Source of the DNA: Eledone cirrhosa
Lineage: Eukaryota
Assembly: GCA_964016885.1 (NCBI GenBank)
Contig: OZ024741.1
Location: forward strand, 192,076,001 to 192,140,000
Direction: 5' to 3'
Length of the DNA: 64,000 nucleotides
The notes under the pieces are model-generated. The model saw nothing but the letters and a program-made list of their open reading frames with translations. It did no database searches and was not told the origin of the DNA. This document shows, piece by piece, positions 38,990-51,804 of the stretch (positions within the stretch are counted from its first letter, which is position 1; each line of letters starts with the position of its first letter). The translations under genes were made by a program, and so were the position numbers.

Positions 38990-39922
38990 AAAATCTAGCG
39001 TCCACATACTCCCTCCACAACACTGATATCAAGAAGTCCTCTTGTGAACGTGACCTGGGCATTACTGTCAGCAGCGATTTGCGTTGGACAAAGCATGTCT
39101 CTAAGATTGTCAAAAAGGCCGAGGGTGTCTTGGCATCACTCAGCAAGACCTTTGTTAGCCGCTCTCCAGCCATCTATTTAAAACTGTATACAGCTATGGT
39201 ACGACCACACTTGGAATTCGCATCATCAGTCTGGAACCCCTATCTTGCTCAGAACATTGACCTCCTGGAAACTGTTCAGAGACGTGCAACCAAGTGCATA
39301 CCCTCCATCAGACACCTACCATACTCTGAATGCCTTGCTTCCCTGGGCATGGATTCATTGAAGCTCCGACATCTGGCAATGGACTTGGTGAATACCCACA
39401 AAGTTATTAACCATCTCACCAATTGCAACCCTGATCACCTTTTTGATCTCCATGTGACTAACACACGTGGACATGCCTACAAAATCAGAAAACAGCACAG
39501 CTCCCATGACTTTCGTAGACATTTTTTCACGCTCAGAGTTGCTGAAGCATGGAACAAACTGCCTGCGTCAGTTGTTAGCTGCCGAGACACTGCATCCTTT
39601 AAGACACTCATGCTTCCCGAAATACGCCAAAACTAGACCTGATGTACCCCTTCCATACACATGTACACGTGTGTATCATGACTCGTGCACTGTTCATTTT
39701 ACTGATGTTTGTGCATTGCCCTATGTACTGTACATGCACTTTTTGATGAGTTGTGGTGCACCTGGGCACTGTACACAATATTTCATTATTATTATTATAT
39801 CATGACTCATACACTGTTCATTTTCCTGACATTTGTACATTATTCTATGTACTATACATGCACCTTTGATGAGTTGTAGTGGACCTGAGCACTGTACACA
39901 ATAATTTCATTATTATTATTAT
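38990..39922 (+). mobile_element. CR1-clade LINE 3' fragment with tandemly duplicated 3'UTR
   Basis: 185-aa ORF of the same family as 18362-18971. The 3'UTR plus (ATT)n occurs twice (about 39675-39797 and 39799-39922). Confidence 0.88.
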
Positions 39923-40116
39923 ACGGGGTCGATAAAATGAAGTACCAGTAATACACTGAGTAATTGCTGGCCTTGTGCCAAAAGTAGAAACAATTATTAT
40001 TATTATAAATTATATCACTGATTTAAAATCAATCATCATTTTCTTACAAAATAAATGTGTGAAACGCAGCAAGGTGCGGGTAATTCGGCTAGTATGTATA
40101 TATATATATATATATA

Positions 40117-40215
40117 TGCAGAGTGTTCCCAAAAATGTATACACACTTCAACAGCATTCTAATAAATATTGCCTGCACAGGTAATCAAAGATCAAAGTGT
40201 GTATACCCTGTGTAT
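40117..40215. mobile_element. Small Tc1-like MITE remnant
   Basis: cagagtgttcccaaaaatgtatacacactt ... aagtgtgtataccctg, flanked by TA runs. Confidence 0.4.
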
Positions 40216-40295
40216 ATATATATAGTGGCAAATGACTTCATTATCTAAGGAATGACAGACAACCACCCCTAGCATCGACTTGAGTCTAAACAACA

Positions 40296-40414
<119 letters not shown>

Positions 40415-43264
40415 TCTGATTAAACTTGACTATTAAAACACTCTTTCAATATTTAGTATGTAGAAATATCGATTGTATCGATTCGAAATTTCAATAAGTA
40501 CAAACGAAGATTGAAAGTGTTTCAAGTTAAACTGTCTGACACTATATACTGAAGCAGATGTTTTGTGGCTGTTATTTTAGCCAAGTGTAACTTTGATTTA
40601 GGTGCTCTAGCTCCGACTATCCAAACTTTTTAATCCGACATAAATATATGTTAAATGACCATTATCCAACGCGTCCATCCTTCTTTTAAAGGCTATATTC
40701 AGTATGTCGATCGACCACGTAGGCACATAACTTGTTCGTTTTTGTTTCCGAAAAATAAAAAAAAAAAGTAATTTGATAACCTATTTAAAAAAAGAAAACT
40801 ATTTTTATCACGTGATTTAAAAGAATAACCTGGAGTAACCATTTCGTTACCATATTCCTATTGAAACACACTGCTTATGATTTTCAAGTTGTTTTGAAAA
40901 TAATCAAGAATTTCGAAGAATTTAGTAATTAAATGTTAGCAAGGAAATCTCAAATATATGTGTTAATTATTATAACATTGTTAAGTTAGACACAAAATAA
41001 AATAAAAATTAAATGAAACAAAAAAAAAAGAAAAAAGAAAACAGAGAACAGAGAACAAAGTAAAAGGAGAGAGGGTCAGACTCTACACACCAGTCTGATA
41101 ATATAAACTTTCTCATTATTAAACTGGTGTTTGGAACATAACTTAAAAGATTCTTACATAAAATCATTATAAAAGAGTTTCAGATAAATATAAATACTTT
41201 AAAATCCATAGTTTTGTATCATAGAATCAGGTTCGGTTTGGGAATCAAAAGGGCTAAGAATAACATTTTCTAATATAGATAGGAAAATATACATTTGATT
41301 TGGGATAGGGTAGTTAATTAAATCAACGCAAGTATGTGACTGGTACTTATTGTATCGATCCTGGAAGAATACATGGCAAATATGGCAAATTAAAATACTG
41401 GAATAATGGTTTGACCAGAGATTTTCAAAGAAATATATAGACGGTAAATTGGCAGAGCAGATAGAGCGTTGAATAAAATGTTTTGCGGTCGGGTGTGGAC
41501 ACTGGATGGCACTGACTCCAAACTTTTCAACGCTGCACCCTCAGATTTAGAAAAAAGAAAAAAAGAAAAAAAGAAAAAAAGAAAAAAAGAAAAAAAGAAA
41601 AAAGAAATAAAAATCTGAGCTATACGTATTCCGAAATCCCACCTTTGAATTAGAATGCCCACTCAGAATGTTCCGAAATCCCCCGCTTTCCAACATCAAA
41701 AAACGGGCGACGGGCCTGCTTGCGGTACTTAGTTACGTGTAATTTACGTCTTGAGTTGAAGACCGGCCGAGCTCAACTTTGCCCTTCATTCTTTCAGAGT
41801 TGATAAAATAAAGTATTGGGGTTGATTTATATTCCAATAATGCACAAGATATTTTATCGATCCCTGAGGGGGAATGAAACGTGAATTTAACCCTGAGTTA
41901 ATTTGGGTATTTTTCATTTTTATGGCTTAGATAAGGTGGGTTATCCTTGAATGTTTTGTAGGGTTGCCTAAACTGGAGAGCGAAAAGCGAGAGAAATCAC
42001 GACTTATGAAATATCTACCCTCAGGCTGGAGACCTGGTTCCAATGTAGACACCGCTAAATATACCCAGGTCAGGAGGTCATATTAAACCGAAATAATTTT
42101 TTATTTTACCATACAAGAACGTGTACAGTCCACCCTATGTTTACACAGTTACCGTTTATTCAATTTCACTCAAAGGCTTGAGTCGACCCAAAGGCTTGAG
42201 TCGACCCTTATCTTCGTATAAGATAAAACTCAAAACCACGTTAATGCGAAGCAAAAATGATTAAAAAAACAAAACAAAATTGAACGATAATGAAAAATAC
42301 ACAAAAGTTCGTTTACAAACAGAATAAATTACTTTCCGTAAGTCAAAGAACAAGGAAAAATATATGAAAATAAGGAAATAGAATTCTGTATGGTGCAACA
42401 ATAAAACGTTGTTTAGGCACTATGGGGGGTTGACCAACAGTCCTACAATAAAATGTGTTCTAACGGTCTTGTAAGTGGATAAGGCATTACCAATATTAGT
42501 GAAAAATATATAAGTTCTAAGCTTTGAATACATTCAGCAACCTCATCAACTTTTTAAGAAAACCTATTAATGGAATTTCAAAATATTTATATGATAAAAT
42601 AATTAGAAGTGCAACCACACTCTTTTACCTGTTTCAGCCATCCGGCTGAGGCCATGCTGGGGCACCACACTGTTGCTATTGTTGTTTCACTTAGTTAAGC
42701 CCTGATTGAACAGACCCATGATCAAATATGTTGAGTTTGTGCCCACACCACCGTCTTTTCCCTAACCAAATTATGCAATGTGTCCTCTTTTATTTTTAAT
42801 GGTTTCGACTGGATAAAGGGGATGAGCCCATGGACTTCGTAATACCACCAACCTCTGGACACGCCCGAAACTGCTGAGATGGCATCAAACGTTTCTTCTA
42901 AGTAGTTGCAAGTCGACGTCCGCAGGATAAACAAAAAAAAAAGAACATGAACTGGGAAGAAGGAATGTGATTCGAGGGAGATTTGTCTACTTTTTTTAAC
43001 AGATCGGAAGCTGTTCCCTCAGCAATACCAGTGCATAAAAGTTGGGTTATGTTGCTTCTAAACTGAGTCTGCTACACTTGTTCGATTCATGGTGGAACCA
43101 CTTAATGTCACATGTCCATACTTCCAATGTGCAATAGATGTCAACAAACACTTCAGTGTTGACATCATGGAGAGATAGACATATATAAAGAATGAGGATA
43201 GATATATAAAGAAAATGAGGGTAGATATAGAGAGAGTGGGGATAGATATATACAGAGAGTGAGG

Positions 43265-43311
<47 letters not shown>

Positions 43312-43716
43312 ATAGAGTGAGGATAGATATATAGAAAGAGATGGAGGGGTGGACTTGCACTGGGCTGTTGACACTGCGTCTTATTGGCCACACGAACACA
43401 ACACTATTGATTTAACGACTGTGCGTTTTAAGTAGCACTGAAGTGAAAATATACTTATTTGATGAATTGAGCCTATAGCCTAATGTCACAAGTAGGTAGA
43501 GTACGAACTAAATGAATAAAGCAACAGGTTTTCAGAATTCGTTGTTGTTTTTTCTTCCAAAATGTAATTAAATAGGAAATAAACTTCGTGTTAAAAATTT
43601 ACTTCCTAGATCTTCTACGCGTGTATTTATATTTATATAAATATATATATATAGTGTGTGTGTATTAAAACAAATACAATAAATATGATGCGACGTTTTT
43701 GTAAAATATTTATTAC

Positions 43717-43830
43717 CTTCTTTTTCCCGGGGTGAAGGGTCCAAAGTGATTTTCCATTTAAAACAGTGACGGGCTCACCAACATCATAGTTAAAATCTTT
43801 GACTGGGTCTCTGGAGAAGAAGGACCACAT
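43717..43830 (-). CDS. SCYL1: SCYL1 coding exon 1 (MWSFFSRDPVKDFNYDVGEPVTVLNGKSLWTLHPGKKK)
   Basis: Matches the SCYL1 N-terminus (MWFFARDPV...W.LH.G.KK). Start context accacgATG; 114 bp; phase-0 donor GTAATA at 43716. Confidence 0.93.
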
Positions 43831-43960
43831 CGTGGTAGAGACTTGAAACCCCGACTGTCAAATGGTTAGCTGCGTGTCAATTTCGTGTTGGCCACCGGAA
43901 AACGGTGTCATGTCAACACAAAAATAATAGTCCCCGGTCTTCTCAATTTTGATGTGATTA
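43831..43960. promoter_or_regulatory. Putative SCYL1 5'UTR/proximal promoter, possibly bidirectional
   Basis: Short, more GC/CpG-rich patch upstream of the SCYL1 ATG with an ETS-like CCGGAA at 43895-43900. The TSS is not determinable from sequence. Confidence 0.35.
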
Positions 43961-44344
43961 ATCCACTTCTACACTTAATAACTTTCATTAAATCAAAACC
44001 ACATGATATCAAAAATATATAAATGCTATTGTTCTTTTGAAATCTTCGAAATAAATTCAGAAAATTTTATAATTTCTTTTGACTGAGCTGTAATAGTTAC
44101 AAGTATTTAGACCTCATCAAATGTAAGGGGAATAATCTTTCATTGGTGGATTGGCAGTATCGGTAGAGGGTCGGGCGCCATGCTTTGAAGCATAGAGTTA
44201 CCTCCCTTTGTGATCTGAGTTCAAATCCCGCCGAGGTTAACTTTGCCTTTCATCCTTATGGGGTCGATAAAATAAAGTACCAGTAATGCACTGGCCTGGT
44301 GCCAAAAGTAGAAACAATTATATGAAGTAAATTAAAGAAAATTC

Positions 44345-45235
44345 TTCTTTTTGAGAGGGTCGTGGGGGTAGAGTCCACTAGCACTCCTTCCAGCGGGTCC
44401 TGTCAGAAGCAACCTTCTCCAACTGATCCGGCTGGATCCCCAACAGAGACCAGACAAGCTCACGGATGTTATCCAACTATCTTGCTCGGAGTATACCCTT
44501 AGGTCTCCAGTCAGTTGATTTTGCCCGTAAAATCTGTCCAGCGATTCTATTGTCGACGTTGAAAAGGCATATGACCGTGTTCCTCGGAACGTGTGGAAGG
44601 TTCTGCAAGAGTATGGGATCGATGGTCAGCTCCTTGCTGCCCTGATGTCTCTATACGAATGCCCAAGTATTTGTGTTCGGATAAATGGTGCTAAATCGAA
44701 ACCTCCTGTTCATTATTGGATTGGCAGTATCGGTAGGGCGTCGGACAAGAAGCTTGGCAGCATAGAGGTATGGCCCTTTACGTTCTAAGTTCAAATCCCA
44801 CCGAGTTTAGCTTTGCCATTCATTCTTACAATCGATAAAATAAAACACCAGTAATGCACTAGGGACGATTTAATCGACTTTCACCTCCCCAAAACTTGTT
44901 GGCCTTGTGCGTATAGTAGAAACCATTATTTACATGAACAGGATTGACATGCACAGCCGGGCTGGAAATGGTATCATAATTGGCAGGTGTAAAATCAGTC
45001 GACTGGAATTTGCAGACGACATGGTGTTACTTAACTCGATAGGTTTGACTTGCACTCGATAGGTTTGATGCCAAGTGCTGCATGGCTGGAATGAAAATCA
45101 GTGCTGCGAAAACTGAGACACTCGTCTTCTCAATGAAGCCTGAATAGTGTTCTTTACATGTGATGGAGCTCCACTAAAGCGGGTAGAGAATTTCAAGTAT
45201 CTCTGAGCCGTGTTCACGAGTCATAGAAGAATTAA
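44345..45235. mobile_element. RTE-like LINE fragments between the two genes (3' end on -, RT part on +) with a SINE insert
   Basis: 44552-45235(+) reads VDVEKAYDRVPR, LEFADDMVLL and VENFKYL. 44345-44550 is the minus-strand 3' end homologous to 21095-21300. Confidence 0.65.
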
Positions 45236-45844
45236 GTGCAAGAATACACCAGCTTCAGCATTCAGTAATCAGAAGAAAGAATATTTAATTAGTTCTTTTT
45301 TCTGTTTCACTTGCATTTCTGAAGTTAACAATTTATTTTGTTTTGTAATTAATATTTCTGGCGAGGTATTGGGATGAATTTATTGTAATATATGTCTAAA
45401 ACATGGATTTATGTATGTTACTTTAAAATGAGGAATGAAGATACTGGAAGAAATGAAAGCTAAAGTAATATCGTTCGAATAATTAAGCATATGAAGAATG
45501 ATATTTTATAATTCATCTAGTATATAATTCTTACAATATTTCAGTTGTAATAGATTCTGTCTACATAATAAATCTTCTGAAGCATTAACTAATATTTTTC
45601 TTCTGCTACTCCGAAAACGAAACTAAACAAACGAAACTAAACAAACGAAACATATAATGAAACAAATTAAAAATTAGTTTTATTAATTATTTATGATTTT
45701 AGTAATACCGTTTAGATTCATTTTTTAAAATTTATCATATTAATTTTATTTAAATATAGTTTCTTTAAAATTTTATAATTTATATTATTGAAGTGAAATG
45801 GATACGAAATTAATTCCACCTTTTCATGTTACTAAACTGCTGCA

Positions 45845-48007
45845 ATGGCAGAGAAACAATCAGAAGAAGTGAGTGAAGTTATGTCATCTGAGATAATCAA
45901 TTTAAATGTTGGTGGGCGACGATTTTCAACCTCACGGCAGACTTTGACCTGGGTACCAGATTCTTTCTTTACCAGTCTTCTCAGTGGAAGGATATCAAGT
46001 CTAAAAGACGAAACTGGGGCTATTTTTATCGACCGTGACCCCAAATTATTTTCGATCATTTTACGATTTTTACGAACTAAAGAAATCAGTTTAAAACATG
46101 TTGACGTCTCAACACTTCGACACGAAGCCGAATTCTACGGTATTATGCCATTAATTCGCCGTTTGGTACTTTGCGAAGACCTTGATCACCCAACCTGTGG
46201 CGGTGTTTTGTTTCACAGCTATCTTTCGCCACCAACTCCTCCTCAACCGGAATCCATGGACGGAGGTCAGTCTCATTCTCTTGTCAGTTTAATTGAATCT
46301 GAATTATGTAGACCTGGTGTGGCTCAGAGAGTCGAAGCTGGTGCTAGTAGCGAGAACAACAGCCCACAACAACTACACACCCATTCCAGAAATTCTTCAG
46401 ACGATCTTTGCCATTCTCATTCCAGACAACCCTCCATGGAACTTCGACCTAACGTTGTGTCTCGCAATTCCTGTGGTGACATCCAGCATTCACGCAAGTC
46501 TTCCTGGGATTTAAGAGGTAACAAATTCGACTCCAATCATATGCCTGTTCAGTCTATGCGGGTAACAATGTTACGCGGCCACCACAACTGGATCTGTATT
46601 GCTTATTTACATTTCATCTCCTGTTTTCGTATGGATTCCACAGGTTGGCACTTGATTTGGACCAGTTTCTATATGGAGAACCCCGTAGAAAGAGTTGCTC
46701 TTAATGCCAAAGTGATCAATCCAAACCAGGACTTTGCTAACAAAATGGTAGCTGCTTCTACTGGAAGCACGGTTTGGTTGTGGTCTGTCACAGACGATGG
46801 TGACAGTAGAGAAATTGGAACATTTAATTTGAAAGTCTCTGTAGATTCTTTGTTTTTCATTGGTAGTCAACTTGTGGCTCTCAGTCAAACAGGTAAAGTG
46901 GGAGTATGGCATGCAATGACACAACATTGGCAAATACAAGATGTCATACCAATCACAAGTTATGACACAGCTGGCTCTTTCTTACTTCTCGGTTGTAATA
47001 ATGGATCGATTTATTATATTGATATGCAAAAATTTCCTCTTCGAATGAAAGATAATGATTTATTGGTGACAGAACTTTACAAAGACCCCAGCAATGACAT
47101 GGTCACTGCTCTTAGTGTTTATCTAACACCAAAAACCAACAGTCTCAGCGGTAATTGGATTGAAATTGCATACGGTACAAGTTCTGGCACAGTCCGTGTA
47201 ATTGTTCAACATCCAGAAACAGTTGGACATGAACCACAACTTTTCCAAACTTTCACAGTTCACAGAAGCCCTGTTACCAAGGTAATGCTGTCTGAAAATC
47301 ACTTAGTTTCTGTCTGTTCAGAATATAACCATGTTAGAACCTGGAGTGTCACTCGCTTCAGAGGAATGATTTCTACCCAGCCTGGTTCCACCCCACTTGC
47401 ATCTTTTAAAATTGTTTCTCTTGATAGGATGGATAACCAAATGAGCTACCCTGGTGGACACGATTTTGATAAATTACCTGGTCCTTTTGGGGAACAAGAT
47501 GATAAACAGGTTTTCGTGCAACGTGTTGTCCCTGATACAGATCAACTTTTCGTACGTCTTTCTTCCACAGGTCGGAGAGTTTGTGTCATCAAGTCAGTTG
47601 ATGGCAGCCCTATAAGTTCATTTTGTGTCCATGAATGTGACGGATCTAATAGAATGGGGTCCAGACCCAGACGCTATTTATTCACTGGACATACCAATGG
47701 TAGCATCCAAATGTGGGATTTGACTACAGCTATTGAGATGATGAAGAAAGACCAGTGTACAACCAGTGGGGGTCCTACACCTGCAGAATTAGTCTACATT
47801 CTTGACCAGTTTGATTTGAGTAATTCCCGATCATCTACCCCTTGTATCAGTCCATCTACATCTGTTATTACACCCCATGGATTCCAACCCATGGCATGTC
47901 GTCAAAAAACTGAAACCTTTCCTTGTGATCACCAGCCCGAAGCTGGACTTGGTTCTGTTGATGTTGAAGATGATGATGATTTTGAAGCTGAAGTATCTTG
48001 TTTTTAA
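45845..48007 (+). CDS. KCTD3: BTB/POZ domain-containing KCTD3/SHKBP1-family protein, single coding exon
   Basis: Uninterrupted 720-aa ORF. KCTD-type BTB ([30 protein letters not shown]) and family motifs [55 protein letters not shown]. Confidence 0.93.
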   Translation: MAEKQSEEVSEVMSSEIINLNVGGRRFSTSRQTLTWVPDSFFTSLLSGRISSLKDETGAIFIDRDPKLFSIILRFLRTKEISLKHVDVSTLRHEAEFYGIMPLIRRLVLCEDLDHPTCGGVLFHSYLSPPTPPQPESMDGGQSHSLVSLIESELCRPGVAQRVEAGASSENNSPQQLHTHSRNSSDDLCHSHSRQPSMELRPNVVSRNSCGDIQHSRKSSWDLRGNKFDSNHMPVQSMRVTMLRGHHNWICIAYLHFISCFRMDSTGWHLIWTSFYMENPVERVALNAKVINPNQDFANKMVAASTGSTVWLWSVTDDGDSREIGTFNLKVSVDSLFFIGSQLVALSQTGKVGVWHAMTQHWQIQDVIPITSYDTAGSFLLLGCNNGSIYYIDMQKFPLRMKDNDLLVTELYKDPSNDMVTALSVYLTPKTNSLSGNWIEIAYGTSSGTVRVIVQHPETVGHEPQLFQTFTVHRSPVTKVMLSENHLVSVCSEYNHVRTWSVTRFRGMISTQPGSTPLASFKIVSLDRMDNQMSYPGGHDFDKLPGPFGEQDDKQVFVQRVVPDTDQLFVRLSSTGRRVCVIKSVDGSPISSFCVHECDGSNRMGSRPRRYLFTGHTNGSIQMWDLTTAIEMMKKDQCTTSGGPTPAELVYILDQFDLSNSRSSTPCISPSTSVITPHGFQPMACRQKTETFPCDHQPEAGLGSVDVEDDDDFEAEVSCF

Positions 48008-50699
48008 AGCAGGCAGAATTGGTGAATACCATAGTCAATATTTAGTAATATCTCTTTATATTCTGAGTTCAAATCCTGCCATGGTCGACTTTGTCTTTCA
48101 TCTTCTTCAGTTAGATTGGTGGGTGTGATGTAACAAAATAATTGATTTAATCCACTAACCCCTCCCCTCCAATTTCTGGCTTTGTGCCTCTGTTAAAAAC
48201 AATTATTATTGGATTGGCAGAATAGATAAAGCAGACAAAATACCTTGTGGTATTTAGCTACAGTTCTTTATGTTCTGATTCAAATCCCACAAAGGTCAAC
48301 TTTGCCTTTTATTTTTCTGGGGTTCATAAAATAAAGTACCTGTCAATTTAACCGCACCCTGAAAATTTCTGGCTTTTGCCTATGTTAGAAACAATTATTA
48401 TTAAAATTGAGATTATTTTTAATAACATTGTTATTGTTGTTATCAGAATATTGATGAACAAAGCTATATTCTCTGATGGATGCAAACTGAACCAGTGCAG
48501 CAAGCTGGAATCTAGTCTTTCAAAGTTTGGAAATAATTATTAAAAACCCAAATCCCCCAAATATATGAAAACGAACAATTAAAAAAAAAAGAGCTTTCAG
48601 TTAATGTATAGTGCCAGTATATATATATATATTAATATTTTCATTCAGACCTGCAGAGTTTTCAGGAGAAGGACCTCATCCAACCATTTAATTTTCGAAC
48701 TAACCTAAATATTTATGTTGGGCAATAATGTTGATTTAGAGTTTTTGTAATCTTTCATTTTCATTGAATTGTCAAAAATTTTTAGTTTCATTGAGTCTAA
48801 GTCTGTGTAAAGCAGTAGGTGTTTATAATGTTTTAAATGTAATATTGTATGTATATATACACACATCTGCCTTTGTGTGTGTGTGTATATAAACCTGATA
48901 TATGTATGTAACAAATAACTGCATTTTATTTTTAGCTTTTTTATGAAAGATTTAAAATATTTTCATATGAGTTCCTTGTGGTTTAGAACAGTAAAGTTCC
49001 CCAATCTATCATCACTGTTTCTAGACTTTCATAGTCCCATTTTCAGATTATTTTTCACAAATTCAAGATAAAGAAATCCACTAAATAAGACATTGATCAA
49101 CATTAGGTATTTTAAGAGAGCCATGCAATAATACAGACACAAATACAATACAATTGTCACCACACTTACTAGAAATACAGAAACTACACATAATAACTAT
49201 TATATGAATTAACCCTTTGTTACCATATTTCCTCATAAAATACACTACCTATATGTACCATTTTGAAAATTTGAAGAATTTAATGAGATAGCTAACCTTT
49301 TTGTTAGTAAGTTAATGTTTGAAATATTTCTTCACAAAAATCTTTTCAATAAAATTATGATGGAAGGTTCTAATATAAATATGAACATTTTAAAATGAGC
49401 AGTGGTATATCATAAAACCAGAGTGGTATCAAAAGGGTTAACTGCCTACTAACTATACTGTGAACAAAGTAATGTAGTTTATATGAAACATTGTTAGATA
49501 TGTGGTTATGATTGTTTTGGGAAAGCCAGTAAAAAAAATATAAGAATGAAAGCTCGAGTAGATTAAAGTAAGAAAAAACAAAACAAAACAGTTTATGCTT
49601 TTACTTTATATATTGTAATATTTGAGGTTACGATACCTCTTTGCAAAAGAAAGAAACTGTACCTGCTTTCCCAAAACAGACATAACCATATAAGAAATTT
49701 GAACACACTACTGATGACTGCATAAAACAGAATGTAAACTGCATTACTCCAAATCATATACTGAATAAAAACTTTATTAATAACAAACCACAAACATAAA
49801 TCTATGAACATGCTACTAAAGACCAATGTGCTTTATGAATTTGATTGCAAATGATTCTAACTGTTACACTGTCCTTCTGATTCACTGTAAGAGTGAGCAA
49901 TTTCAAGCATTACACTACACAACACAAAAGAAACCTACATAGGAAAACATTAGGACATACCACATCCATACTCTACAGAATTCCTCTAAAAATAGTCAAC
50001 TAACGATAGAAATAATACTCATAACAGCACAACACTAAAATAAATGCACAGACAGCATACATTAGTAACAAACAAAATAAACAGAATGATATATAAATGT
50101 AACTGTCAAAATTTAAATTTTGGTGGTAATGTCTACACTAATCACTTTAAAACTGCCTTCTATAATGAGACAAAAACACACACCAACCTCACTGCATGAA
50201 AACATTAACTCTTAATGCCCTGTACTGCATGAAACTGCATTTACAAAACATTCTTGCAAAATATAAAACAGTACTAAGACTGCATTACATTAAAATTAAA
50301 GCCTTTTCACATTGATCTGTTCACTAGTAAATATGTTATAAACATTTAAATTAACAAACATGTCTCTAGACATTTTCTGTTAAATCATTTCAGGATGTTA
50401 AGAGTTAATGATGGATTTGAGAACTTTTCTGTTATTAATAAGCTACAACTCATATGAAAAATAAAATTGATAAAAAATACGAAACTAGAACAGTCTTGTG
50501 TTCAATACAATGTTCATTCACACACTCACATGATCAGGTTTTGTTAGTGAAAACAGAAATAGCCAATTGTGAATAATATATATATATGTGTGTGTGTGTG
50601 TGGGCGGGTGTTTATATATATATATATAATTATATAAAAGGCTGAATGGGTTGGGGGTGTATAACCCAACTAAACTTAAGTACCTGTATATGTCACTGT

Positions 50700-51804
50700 T
50701 GTAACTAATTAGACTTCCCTTGTGGCCCCACACGCTTTCCATCGATGTTGCAGTGCTTGGATCCTATTGGGGAAGAAGCTTTCATCCTGTTTCATCACTT
50801 TAATATTCGTTCCCAGCCAAGAGTTTTTTCATGTTGAGGAACAGAATAGTCAGATGGGCCAAATCAGAATAGGGAGGGTGATGAACCAGTTTAAAACCAT
50901 AGTTACGCACAGCAGCCATTGACACCAAGGCTGGAACATTATCCTAATGAAAACAAGACCCCTTTTGTCTGTTTTCCTTGATAGCCTTTCATATCTGCCT
51001 CAGTAAGTTGGCATAGTACTTTCCATTGAGGGTGTGGCCCTTTTGAAGATAGTCAATAAACACAATGCCTTTTGCATCCCCAAAATCTGAGGCATCCCCT
51101 TGCCTGCAGATAAGATAGCCTTGGCCTTTGGAGCAGGTGAGGAGGGGTGTTTCCACTGCATGGATTGTTTCTCTGTCTCTGGCTCAAAGTGATGAACCCA
51201 ACACTTACCCTGGGTCAAAAAACATTTAAGGAAACCAGCTGGATTTGCCTCAAACAATGTCAGATTTTCCTGTGATGTGATCAGCCTGGTGTGCTTTTGA
51301 TCAGGTGTCAGAAGATGTGACATCCACCGAGGAGAAACCTTTGATGTGCAGAATATTCTTAACTTGCTCATGGACTGGATATTTGATTTATAGTCAATTG
51401 CCTGTCATCCATCACCATGTGGTGAACATGATCAATATTTTCCTCAGTGGTGGCAGTTGCAGGACGTCCAGACCTTAGGTCAACTTCAAAACTCTCCCTT
51501 CTCCTCCTAAATTTATCTGTCCACTTTTGCATTGTTGATAAAGCTGGAACATCATCCTCCAATGTAGCAACTGTGTTAGGATGATTGTCCTTGGGGGCTT
51601 AACACCTTTTCTGCAGGTACTTGAAACCAGAATGCCAAAATTGCTACTAGTTACTTTTGAAATCTTTGGCCAGTCAGATGTCAGTTTATCTAGAAAGAAA
51701 CAATAGTTTTTAATGAGAAGAGTTGAAATTAATGCATACAAAATTCACAGCTCTAGCATCACTTTTTCATACTCAGCCTATGAACTTTTCAGCACAACCT
51801 TATA
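50700..51804 (-). mobile_element. Degenerate mariner (Tc1/mariner) transposon
   Basis: Fragments RSGRPATAT, SPRWMSHLLT (WVPHEL-like) and WVHHFEPETEKQSMQW. TIR-like gaacttttcagcacaacctTA at the right end. Confidence 0.8.

Noticed and set aside
42170-42207. 18-bp direct duplication caaaggcttgagtcgacc; also (GAAAAAA)n at about 41548-41610 and aaacgaaactaaac repeats at about 45615-45650
   Set aside because: Simple local slippage duplications with no further structure.
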